Shown piece after piece: positions 7,593 to 15,391 of a DNA stretch of 64,000 nucleotides. The notes under the pieces were generated by a model, which had not been told where the DNA came from, did not search any database, and saw only the letters and a list, made by a program, of their open reading frames with translations. The stretch lies in assembly GCA_025060395.1 (NCBI GenBank), contig JANXCC010000002.1, positions 102,234-166,233 of the forward strand, written 5' to 3'. Each line of letters begins with the position of its first letter. The stretch's first letter is position 1. The position numbers and the translations under genes were made by a program. Origin of the DNA: Candidatus Bipolaricaulota bacterium (lineage in GTDB: Bacteria > Bipolaricaulota > Bipolaricaulia > RBG-16-55-9 > DRXL01).

Positions 7593-9701
7593 ATGCAGAA
7601 AGCTCATCTGCTCGTTGCATTGGGCGTTCTTGGGGCTTTCTTGATTGGATCAGCTCACTCGAGCTTATCTGGCGATTGGCCCGCCCCGCCAAAGCCCTCA
7701 GTCTATCATCCGAAGGTCGAGACTGCACTACTGTTAGGAAGTGCGCGAGTTAGCGGGTTGATGGGGTCAGACCCCCGGCACCTTACTGAACTGGTGAACT
7801 ACACGGTGATTCTTGAGAGTGAGCGCCCTCTGGACGAAGCGCTCTTAGCGCGCTTTGGCGCTCATCTCGAATCCCAAGCGGGAAATCTCTATCGCGTGCG
7901 CGTTCCTCGGGAGAACCTTCGGGCGCTCGTTGAGGGCGTGCCGGGGATCTCGTTCGTTCGCCGTCCGCGAACCCTGATCGCTTTGGGCTCACGGGCGAGC
8001 GAAGGGGTCGTGCCCACGGGAGCACTCCTGTTGCAAGGTTCTGGCTTTCGCGGCCAGAACGTTAAGATCGCTGTGATAGATCTGGGGTTCGCGCAGCTGA
8101 GCCGCGCTAAGAAGTCTCAAGTGATCAATCCCGACGTTATCGTGGACGAGCACGACTACACCGACACCGGCTTGGAGACGGGAACTGCTCACGGCACAGG
8201 CGTCGCCGAGATCATTCACACCATGGCGCCCCAGGCTTGGCTCTATCTCAAGAAGATCGCTGATGAGATTGATCTGGCTAATGCGGTTGAGGACGCCATC
8301 GCCCAGGGCGTGCAGATCATTAACTATTCCGTGGGGGTAGCTAACGCGAACTTCGGCGACGGTACGGGCTTTGTCGCCGAGCTTGCCGATCGAGCGCGCG
8401 CTCACGGGATCTTCTGGGTCAATGCCGCAGGCAATCACGCCCAGAGCCATTGGATGGGCCTTTTCAGCGATAGAGACTATGATGGCTGGCTCGAATTCGC
8501 CCCCGGCAGAGAAGAGCTCCTCGTAAAAGCTGACTTCCCCGGCTCGATTGAGTTATATTTGACGTGGGATGACTGGCCGCGCACCGCCCAAGACTTCGAT
8601 CTCTTTCTCTATGACGCCCACGGGCGTCTGGTCGCAAGCTCCCAGAACTATCAGCTGGGCTACGAAGAACCAACTGAACAGATCGAATACATAGCGTGGG
8701 CACCGGGGACGTATCGCGTGCGGGTGCTCGCCCGACACGTTTCCAAAACCCCCATCCGAGTGAAGCTCTTCAATCTCAGCCAACAGACCCTCGATCCGTA
8801 TGTCCCTGAGGGGAGCATTCTCACGCCTGCCGACGCACGCGGGGCCTTTGCCGTGGGAGCGATCAACGTACGCCATTGGAAGACCGGCCCCCAGGAGCCG
8901 TTCAGCTCCCAAGGGCCAACGAGCGATGGGCGCATCAAGCCTGATATCATGGGCCCAGACGGCGTCTCGAGCTTTGCGCTCACGTACTTTTCGGGGACGT
9001 CCGCGTCGGCACCCCATGTCGCCGGAGCTGCGGCGCTCCTGCTCTCACAGCATCCAGCGTGGACCGCTGATCAGCTCCAAAGCACCCTGGAAGCCCAAGC
9101 GATCGATATGGGCATCCCGGGGAAAGATACTATATACGGTGCGGGCAGGCTCGACCTCTCGCTCGGGCTGGTCCAAGCGCGGCGCACGATCTCCCCTCAA
9201 AAAGCACGACCCGGCGATCTCGTCACGGTGACTATCGTAGCGACGATGCCGCTGGGGATGTTTGGGGGTCTGGAGCTGCGCGACATGCCCCCGTGGGCTG
9301 TGGCTCCTCTCTCGTTTACGTGGCCGATTGTGCATCCTGGGGAGACAAGATCGTTCACCTATGAGCTTCGGGTGCCGCAGACGGCTCGGCCTGGGGTCTA
9401 TCGCTGGTCGGGCACAGTCAATAATATTGCGCTCACGGGTGACGATACGATCACGGTAGAGCATCCCCGGGCAAGACTTGTGGATCGGCGAGGCGCCTTG
9501 CGCGTGCCATTCTCGCAATCTGTTGAGATGGCTCGACTGCGCATCTACGATCTGAAAGGGTCTCTGCTCTTTGAAGGCCTCAGCCCAAAAGCCCTCGACT
9601 GGCGTCCCAGCGCTAACGGCGTCTATCTCTATGTTCTTGAGATAGTGCAAGACGGACGGGTCATTGAGCGAAAGCTTGGCAAATGGGTTGTTCTCGAATA
9701 G
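7593..9701 (+). CDS. Secreted subtilisin-like serine peptidase (S8 family) with a C-terminal Por/T9SS-type sorting-domain-like module.
   Basis: It has a signal peptide and the catalytic triad motifs IAVIDLGF (Asp), HGTGVAEI (His) and GTSASAPHVAGAAAL (Ser). The last roughly 75 aa (LRIYDLKGSLL...GVYLYVLEIV...KLGKWVVLE) fit the FlgD-Ig/Por_Secre_tail pattern. Confidence 0.9.
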   Translation: MQKAHLLVALGVLGAFLIGSAHSSLSGDWPAPPKPSVYHPKVETALLLGSARVSGLMGSDPRHLTELVNYTVILESERPLDEALLARFGAHLESQAGNLYRVRVPRENLRALVEGVPGISFVRRPRTLIALGSRASEGVVPTGALLLQGSGFRGQNVKIAVIDLGFAQLSRAKKSQVINPDVIVDEHDYTDTGLETGTAHGTGVAEIIHTMAPQAWLYLKKIADEIDLANAVEDAIAQGVQIINYSVGVANANFGDGTGFVAELADRARAHGIFWVNAAGNHAQSHWMGLFSDRDYDGWLEFAPGREELLVKADFPGSIELYLTWDDWPRTAQDFDLFLYDAHGRLVASSQNYQLGYEEPTEQIEYIAWAPGTYRVRVLARHVSKTPIRVKLFNLSQQTLDPYVPEGSILTPADARGAFAVGAINVRHWKTGPQEPFSSQGPTSDGRIKPDIMGPDGVSSFALTYFSGTSASAPHVAGAAALLLSQHPAWTADQLQSTLEAQAIDMGIPGKDTIYGAGRLDLSLGLVQARRTISPQKARPGDLVTVTIVATMPLGMFGGLELRDMPPWAVAPLSFTWPIVHPGETRSFTYELRVPQTARPGVYRWSGTVNNIALTGDDTITVEHPRARLVDRRGALRVPFSQSVEMARLRIYDLKGSLLFEGLSPKALDWRPSANGVYLYVLEIVQDGRVIERKLGKWVVLE

Positions 9702-9704
9702 ACT

Positions 9705-10523
9705 ATGACGATCCCAGAGCTTCAGCGGAAGGCCAAGGAGCTGCGGCGTATGGTCTTAGAGATGGTAGCGCAGGCGGGCTCGGGGCATCCTGGGGGAGCG
9801 CTCAGCTCGGCTGACCTGCTCACGGTGCTCTATTATAAATATCTGCGCGTGCGGCCGGAGGAGCCGCGCTGGCCTGAGCGTGATCGCTTCGTGCTCAGCA
9901 ATGGCCATGTCTGTCCCATACTCTATGCGATCTTGGCTGATCGGGGCTTCTTTCCCAAGGAAGAGCTCAAGCATCTCCGAAAGCTCGGCTCGATTCTTCA
10001 GGGCCATCCCAGCTTGGCGTTCAAGACCCCGGGGATAGAGCATTCGGGAGGCTCGTTGGGATTGGGGCTGTCGGTATCGGTGGGTATGGCGTTGGCGGCC
10101 AAGCTCGAGAGGAAAGACTATAAAATTTACTGTCTCATCAGCGACGGCGAATGCCAAGAGGGTCAGACGTGGGAGGCCGCGATGGCCGCTGCCCACTACC
10201 AATTAGACAATCTCTGTGCGATGCTCGACCGGAATTTTACCCAGATCGATGGGCGCACCGAAGAGATCATGAAGATCGAGCCCATCGCTGAGAGATGGCG
10301 CACGTTCGGCTGGAATACTCTCGAGATTGACGGACACAACTACGAGCAGATTATCTCAGCGTTCGAGCAGTTCTTAAAAAACCAGGGCACAGGGCGCCCG
10401 ACGATGATCGTCGCTCGGACTGTGATTGGAAAAGGCGTCTCGTTCATGGAAGGGGACTATCACTGGCATCACGGTGCGCCCACGCCCCAGCAGCTTGAGC
10501 AAGCTCTCACAGAGTTGGTTTAA
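9705..10523 (+). CDS. Transketolase N-terminal (thiamine-diphosphate-binding) subunit, lacking an adjacent C-terminal subunit.
   Basis: GSGHPGGALSSADLL, GHxCPILYA and ISDGECQEG are transketolase N-terminal hallmarks. It is 272 aa, which is split-subunit size. The next gene is convergent. Confidence 0.88.
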   Translation: MTIPELQRKAKELRRMVLEMVAQAGSGHPGGALSSADLLTVLYYKYLRVRPEEPRWPERDRFVLSNGHVCPILYAILADRGFFPKEELKHLRKLGSILQGHPSLAFKTPGIEHSGGSLGLGLSVSVGMALAAKLERKDYKIYCLISDGECQEGQTWEAAMAAAHYQLDNLCAMLDRNFTQIDGRTEEIMKIEPIAERWRTFGWNTLEIDGHNYEQIISAFEQFLKNQGTGRPTMIVARTVIGKGVSFMEGDYHWHHGAPTPQQLEQALTELV

Positions 10524-10524
10524 G

Positions 10525-11871
10525 TTATCTGCGGCTGATCATACAAACCCCTGGCCCTGTGATGATCTCAAAGCTTCCCGCAGTGTCTTGGACAGTTACG
10601 ATAGTATTGCGAAAACGTCCAAGTACCAATTCAGGGAATTCCCCGATGAGGATCACCCTTCCCGTCTCATTGTGCGCTTGGGTGCAGATGATCATCTCGG
10701 AGTCGTCGCCGGCATCGCCAGCCCGCACAATGAACGTATCGTTCCCGCCACCACCAATGAGAACATCTGAATCTAAGCCACCATCAATGATATCGTTGCC
10801 GGTGCCACCGTCGAGGGTATCATTGCCCTCGTTGCCCCGCAGCATATCGTTGCCAGAACCGCCGTACAGCTCGTCATCGTCCGCTCCACCAAGGAGAACA
10901 TCCCGGCCAAAGCCGCCTTGCAACAGGTCATCCCCCTTATTGCCCTCGAGATGATCGTTGCCAGTGCCCCCGTCAATGACGTCATTGTCATCCTCACCAT
11001 AGAGGGTGTCGTTCCCCGATTCGCCGTAGATGGTGTCATTACCTTTTCTCCCGTAGATAGTATCCCGGCCGGTAGTGCGCCAGCCGCCAAAACCGTCATC
11101 ACCGTAGATTTGGTCATCGTCATCACTGCCTATAATGAAGTCGTTTCCACACCGCGATGACGAACAGGCATTAGGCCCATCATCAGATACGCCGTTGCCG
11201 TCACCACGAATGATCGGTTCTTCGCATCTCTGAATGATATTGTCTTGCGAAGTTCCTTCACACCCCTCGGGGGGGAGAGTGGGGCGTGCCGTAAACGTGG
11301 CCGTGACGGACTTGTTGGCGTCCATAGTGACCGTGCAGGTGCCCCGACCACTGCAAGCTCCGCTCCAGCCTCTGAAAGTTGAGCCGGAGTCCGCAGTAGC
11401 TGTCAAAGTGACGGTAGTGGGAGGAGTAGTGGCAGCATAGCTCGCTGTGCACGCAGTGCCGCAATTGATCTTTCCGTCATTGCTGGTTACGGTGCCGCTG
11501 CCGGTGCCAGCTTTGGTCACGGTGAGAGTAAAGGCTCGCGTGAAAGTTGCGGTGACTGACTTGTTAGCATTCATAACGACCGTACAGGTAAGGGCTGTAC
11601 CGCTGCAGTCTCCGCCCCAACCCCCGAAGGTTGACCCTGGACTGGGTGTCGCCGTCAGCGTCACTGTGGTATTGAGGGAGAATTGGGCCGAGCAGGCGGT
11701 GCCACAGTTGATCCCCGCGGGGCTGCTGGTGACTGTGCCACTTCCTGTGCCGGTCTTCGTCACCGTCAGCGTAACGAGCACTTGAGAGACCACTGAGCTA
11801 GTGTTGAGCAAGAGAGCCAGTGCCGTACATCCAACCAGTACCCAGAGCCTCCTCCAATATCTAGCTGCCAT
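10525..11871 (-). CDS. Secreted calcium-binding protein with two divergent InlB-type B-repeats followed by RTX (hemolysin-type GGxGxDxUx) repeats.
   Basis: A signal peptide is present and the RBS is GGAGG. Two roughly 80-aa repeats (GSGTVTS..INCGTAC...TLTAT...GW.G.CSG) are followed by at least ten nonapeptide GxGNDxL/I repeats. Confidence 0.85.
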   Translation of the reverse strand: MAARYWRRLWVLVGCTALALLLNTSSVVSQVLVTLTVTKTGTGSGTVTSSPAGINCGTACSAQFSLNTTVTLTATPSPGSTFGGWGGDCSGTALTCTVVMNANKSVTATFTRAFTLTVTKAGTGSGTVTSNDGKINCGTACTASYAATTPPTTVTLTATADSGSTFRGWSGACSGRGTCTVTMDANKSVTATFTARPTLPPEGCEGTSQDNIIQRCEEPIIRGDGNGVSDDGPNACSSSRCGNDFIIGSDDDDQIYGDDGFGGWRTTGRDTIYGRKGNDTIYGESGNDTLYGEDDNDVIDGGTGNDHLEGNKGDDLLQGGFGRDVLLGGADDDELYGGSGNDMLRGNEGNDTLDGGTGNDIIDGGLDSDVLIGGGGNDTFIVRAGDAGDDSEMIICTQAHNETGRVILIGEFPELVLGRFRNTIVTVQDTAGSFEIITGPGVCMISRR

Positions 11872-12271
11872 AAGACCTCCTTCTCTGTGGAAGGCTGCTC
11901 TTCACTATGCAAAATTATAGTCAAACGCTCCAACTTTGTGAAGTCAGATCGCTCACGAAGCATTATATCGGCTGTGATCCCCTAGAACGGTAATACATAT
12001 CACCGTTAACGTTTTCTCCGACCACGCTCTCGCAAGGCGCGACGCACACGCCTCTTAAAGGCTGTTTAACTACCCCAACGACACACTCGCGCCCCGTTGG
12101 TCTGCATACAAATTAAATACTTAGTCTGAAAGTCTGGATGCGCCAAAAGCCCTGCGATGACCGTCGGCTCATAGCTGATGCCGATCCCCTGCGGTGAAGT
12201 GCAACGCCGTCTCGTTCTCGCGGGGATCGGCACTTGCTCAAGCTATCCGCTTTTGCTAAAATAAAAAGCGT

Positions 12272-13540
12272 ATGCACCTGACACGACGCGCGTTCCTTCG
12301 TGCGGCTGCTGGAACAATCTACACGCTGACCATAAGCTGGGCTGCGCAAGCACAGGCCCAGACAAGCGATTGGCCCATGTTCCGCCGCGATCTCTTCCGT
12401 ACGGGGCGAGCCGTCAAAACGAGCAAGATAACGCTTCCCAAGGAGCGCTGGAGCGCCTTCACGCGCGGCTTAGTCGAATCATCGGCAGCCGTAGGCGATA
12501 TCGATGGCGATAGCATTATAGAAGTCGTCGTCGGCTCGTATGATGGGGGACTCTATGCCTATCAAGGGCGCACGGGCATTCTCAAATGGCGCTATGAAAC
12601 AAAAGGCTGGGTCTACTCCTCCCCAGCGATCGCCGATGCCGACGGTGACGGACGCCTCGAAGTTGCCGTCGGTTCCCAAGACAAGAGCTTTGCGCTGGTG
12701 GACGGGCGCACCGGGCGACCCAAATGGTCTTTTCTCACCGGAGACGGCATTCTCTCTTCGCCCGCGATCGCTGACATCGACGGGGATGGAAGATCTGAAG
12801 TCGTTGTAGGATCGGAGCGCGTCTATGCGTTTGACGGGCGTACCGGCTCGGTGAGATGGAAGTTCTTACCCGAGTTTCCTGCGCGCTCCTCGCCCGCTAT
12901 CGCAGATATAGACGGCGACGGCAAACTCGAGATCGTTATCGGTTCGTTGGACGGGAGGCTCTACGCGCTGGACGGGCGCACGGGTGTGGCTCAGTGGGCC
13001 TTCGACACCGGTGGTCCTGTCGAGTCGTCCCCAGCGATTGGGGATCTCGATGGCGACGGCACACTCGAGGTCACGGTGGGCTCGAGCAAGCGCGGCGTCT
13101 TTTGTGTCGATGGGCGCAGGGGGCGACTCCGATGGTTCTTTGAGGCCAGCCGCGAGCGTATCCCCTCGTCCCCAGCAATTGGAGATCTCGACGGCGATGG
13201 GAAGCTCGAAGTCGCCATCGGAACTAACGATCATCGAGTGCTCTCCTTAGGAGGCTCAGATGGCAAGCTGAAATGGAGCTTTCTCACCAACGATCTTGTC
13301 GAGTCCTCCCCAGCGATCGCCGACATTGACGGCGATGGGAGGCTTGAAGTCTTGGTCGGCTCGCATGATGGCCATCTCTATTGTTTGGATGGGCGCACCG
13401 GGGCGCGCAAGTGGGCCTATCGTCCTAAGGCTGCCGCGCAGTTCTTCTCGTCGCCGACGCTCGCCGATCTTGACGGCGATGGGCTTTTAGAGATTATCAT
13501 CGGGAACAACAACAGCGGGCTTTATGTCCTAGGCGCCTGA
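12272..13540 (+). CDS. Tat-exported PQQ-like / FG-GAP beta-propeller repeat protein.
   Basis: It has a twin-arginine signal (RRAFLRAAAG). About eight repeats each carry G.L.A.DGRTG..KW plus IADIDGDG..E..VGS. Confidence 0.8.
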   Translation: MHLTRRAFLRAAAGTIYTLTISWAAQAQAQTSDWPMFRRDLFRTGRAVKTSKITLPKERWSAFTRGLVESSAAVGDIDGDSIIEVVVGSYDGGLYAYQGRTGILKWRYETKGWVYSSPAIADADGDGRLEVAVGSQDKSFALVDGRTGRPKWSFLTGDGILSSPAIADIDGDGRSEVVVGSERVYAFDGRTGSVRWKFLPEFPARSSPAIADIDGDGKLEIVIGSLDGRLYALDGRTGVAQWAFDTGGPVESSPAIGDLDGDGTLEVTVGSSKRGVFCVDGRRGRLRWFFEASRERIPSSPAIGDLDGDGKLEVAIGTNDHRVLSLGGSDGKLKWSFLTNDLVESSPAIADIDGDGRLEVLVGSHDGHLYCLDGRTGARKWAYRPKAAAQFFSSPTLADLDGDGLLEIIIGNNNSGLYVLGA

Positions 13541-13963
13541 AGGGCGCTCGATGCAGATTCGTCGTCTCTGATCGGGCAAGAGTTCTATATACACACACCA
13601 GCATCCTGGAGGCAGCAGCCCTGAGGCCTTCTCCCCCCACTCAATGACTGTAATCCCTTGGGAGCGCACTGTCTCCTCGAAGCCGATCTCACGCAGCTCG
13701 TCGACGGTCTTGATTCTGTATGCGTCGACGTGGTAGAGTGGGATCCTCCCTCGATACTCGCGCATGAGGAGAAACGTTGGCGAGCGCACTATGTCAGGAA
13801 TCCCCAGGCCGTAAGCCAATCCTTGCACAAAGGTTGTCTTCCCTACCCCCAGATCTCCTCTTAGCGAGATACAATCACCGGGCTTAAGATATGACGCAAG
13901 CTGGGCTGCGACGCGACGCGTCTCCTCGGGGCTAGCTGAGATAAACTCCTCTCGCTGTCTCAT
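13529..13963 (-). CDS. tsaE: tRNA threonylcarbamoyladenosine biosynthesis ATPase TsaE.
   Basis: It has a GDLGVGKTTF P-loop. The size and motifs match the YjeE/TsaE family. It overlaps the upstream gene by 4 nt. Confidence 0.8.
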   Translation of the reverse strand: MRQREEFISASPEETRRVAAQLASYLKPGDCISLRGDLGVGKTTFVQGLAYGLGIPDIVRSPTFLLMREYRGRIPLYHVDAYRIKTVDELREIGFEETVRSQGITVIEWGEKASGLLPPGCWCVYIELLPDQRRRICIERPSGA

Positions 13964-14445
13964 GAGGCGTGCTTATCGGCCACACAGGAGGCGGCATAGG
14001 AGTCGGGCTTAGTCTTGACGGGGAAGCCGCTGGCCATGATCATCCCGACGACTTCATCGATCAGCTCTCTGGTGCGCCCGGTGTGCCCTACATCGACATG
14101 AATCTCCAGGTTATAATCGAGCAGGGTACGCTGCTCCAGCTCGTCCATGAGCGCCTTGGCTACCTCGAAGCTGAGCAGTGCCTCGCGATAGATCTTCTGA
14201 CGCAATGTATAGATATTGCGCTCACGAATGCGCCTCCAGAAGTACCGTCCCCCCTTCCCCACGCGGTGGACTATGATAGCTGTGACGAAATCCATCTCGC
14301 CGGGGCCGGAATGGGAGTCGCTCCCCACCATGATCTCGTAGCGTGTTTGCGGGTCCTCTTCCATGATACGCACGATCTCGTCGACGACTTGCTCAAAAGT
14401 CAGTCGGCCCATCGTGGGGCTGTAGAACCGCGCGGTCTTGAACAT
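13960..14445 (-). CDS. YkuK/DUF458-family RNase H-like protein.
   Basis: The ORF 13960..14568 was trimmed to the internal Met (MFKTARFYSP...). There is a -10/-35-like promoter around 14467..14500. Similarity is at family level only. Confidence 0.65.
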   Translation of the reverse strand: MFKTARFYSPTMGRLTFEQVVDEIVRIMEEDPQTRYEIMVGSDSHSGPGEMDFVTAIIVHRVGKGGRYFWRRIRERNIYTLRQKIYREALLSFEVAKALMDELEQRTLLDYNLEIHVDVGHTGRTRELIDEVVGMIMASGFPVKTKPDSYAASCVADKHAS

Positions 14446-14554
14446 ACTCGGTCCTCCCCTTGCGCAATTATATAGCACTGGGCACCGCGCGGCAATCTGA
14501 GAAGGGAGGAGGCAGGGAGGGAAGGCGGGAGGGGTTGGTCCCGCCTTCCCGGGG

Positions 14555-14940
14555 AATGAGGTTAGCAACCACCGGCCATAAGGGCGCCCCGGAGGAGGGG
14601 GCCCCTACGACCGCAGAAGGAACCTAGGTTTCCCTCGCCCGTGGGGACTCGAACCCCGGCCAAGTCCAGACTGGGGAAAAATCCGCGCCGAAGGAGGTTG
14701 GCAGGAGCGACGCGGCAAAACCCTGGTCCGTCGGGCCGTAAACCCGCTCCCTTGGCTGGCACCGTGCCACGGACTCTGCTCTGTCGGTCCCTTCTGTGAG
14801 CGATCATCGTTCCTTACTTTACCCCCTTCCCGCGGGAGCTCAAAGGACCCCTGTCTGTTCCCTGGAGAGCTTTTGTCAAAACACTCCATCTCTCATGTCC
14901 CCAACTCCCTGGGACATCTTTCTTCTTAGTATAGAAGCAA
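14555..14940 (-). ncRNA. Candidate structured non-coding RNA, possibly a divergent RNase P RNA. Its identity is unresolved.
   Basis: This is a roughly 500-nt gene-free gap. The minus-strand sequence contains GUCCGUGGCACGGU and UACGGCCCG, which match E. coli M1 RNA segments. It also contains GGGGUUCGAGUCCCC, a T-arm-like element. The gap ends in a 12-bp GC hairpin at 14514..14550. The universally conserved GGAAAGUCCGG P4 strand was not found. No tmRNA tag-reading frame was found. Confidence 0.25.
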
Positions 14941-14955
14941 CTCGGTCCAAACGAG

Positions 14956-15387
14956 TTACGATGGCGGGAGTTCTGAGATCTCCCAGTAATCGAGGACCGT
15001 ATTAATGACCTTGATAAACTCGGTAGTGCTTGGGGGCTTGGGAATATAGCCGCTCGCCCCGGAATTATAGGCCTTCACGATGTCTTCCTCGCGCTTGGAG
15101 ACCGTCAGCACGATAACGGGGATGCGCTTTAAGTTTGGGTCTTGGCGGATCTCCGCGAGGACCTCGTGGCCGCTGAGCTTTGGGAGATTCAGATCCAGGA
15201 AGATGAGGTCGGGCCGGGGCGCGTCGGCAAACTTCCCCTTCTTGCGGAGGAAGTCGAGCGCCTCCTGGCCATCCTGTACGACATAGAGATCGCTCTGGAC
15301 GTTGCCCTTCTTCAGCGACCGCTCCGCGATCTTCACGTCGTCGGGGTTGTCCTCGACTAAGAGTATCTTTAGTTTTCTGTTGCGCAT
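14956..15387 (-). CDS. Single-domain response regulator (CheY-like receiver).
   Basis: LLVEDNPDD, the phospho-acceptor Asp in LIFLDLNLP, and a conserved Lys in YIPKP. Confidence 0.9.
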   Translation of the reverse strand: MRNRKLKILLVEDNPDDVKIAERSLKKGNVQSDLYVVQDGQEALDFLRKKGKFADAPRPDLIFLDLNLPKLSGHEVLAEIRQDPNLKRIPVIVLTVSKREEDIVKAYNSGASGYIPKPPSTTEFIKVINTVLDYWEISELPPS

Positions 15388-15391
15388 AGCT

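Noticed and set aside
6933-7607. ORFs of 224 and 186 aa on the minus strand.
   Set aside because: They are antisense to the PKD/FG-GAP lipoprotein gene and have no domain support.
10559-11785. Several plus-strand ORFs of 110-130 aa.
   Set aside because: They are antisense to the RTX/B-repeat gene. Repetitive DNA produces long reverse frames.
13960-14568. A 202-aa extended form of the YkuK-like gene.
   Set aside because: The first 41 codons are Pro/Ala-rich and unsupported. A promoter-like TTGCCG-17-TATAAT lies inside the extension, favouring the internal Met.
14555-14940. tmRNA or tRNA identity for the structured-RNA candidate.
   Set aside because: There is a T-arm-like GGGGUUCGAGUCCCC. 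I found no acceptor-stem pairing, no 3' CCA context, and no tag-peptide reading frame ending in a stop. The 5' GGGG...GAUUCGACGGG tmRNA signature is absent.
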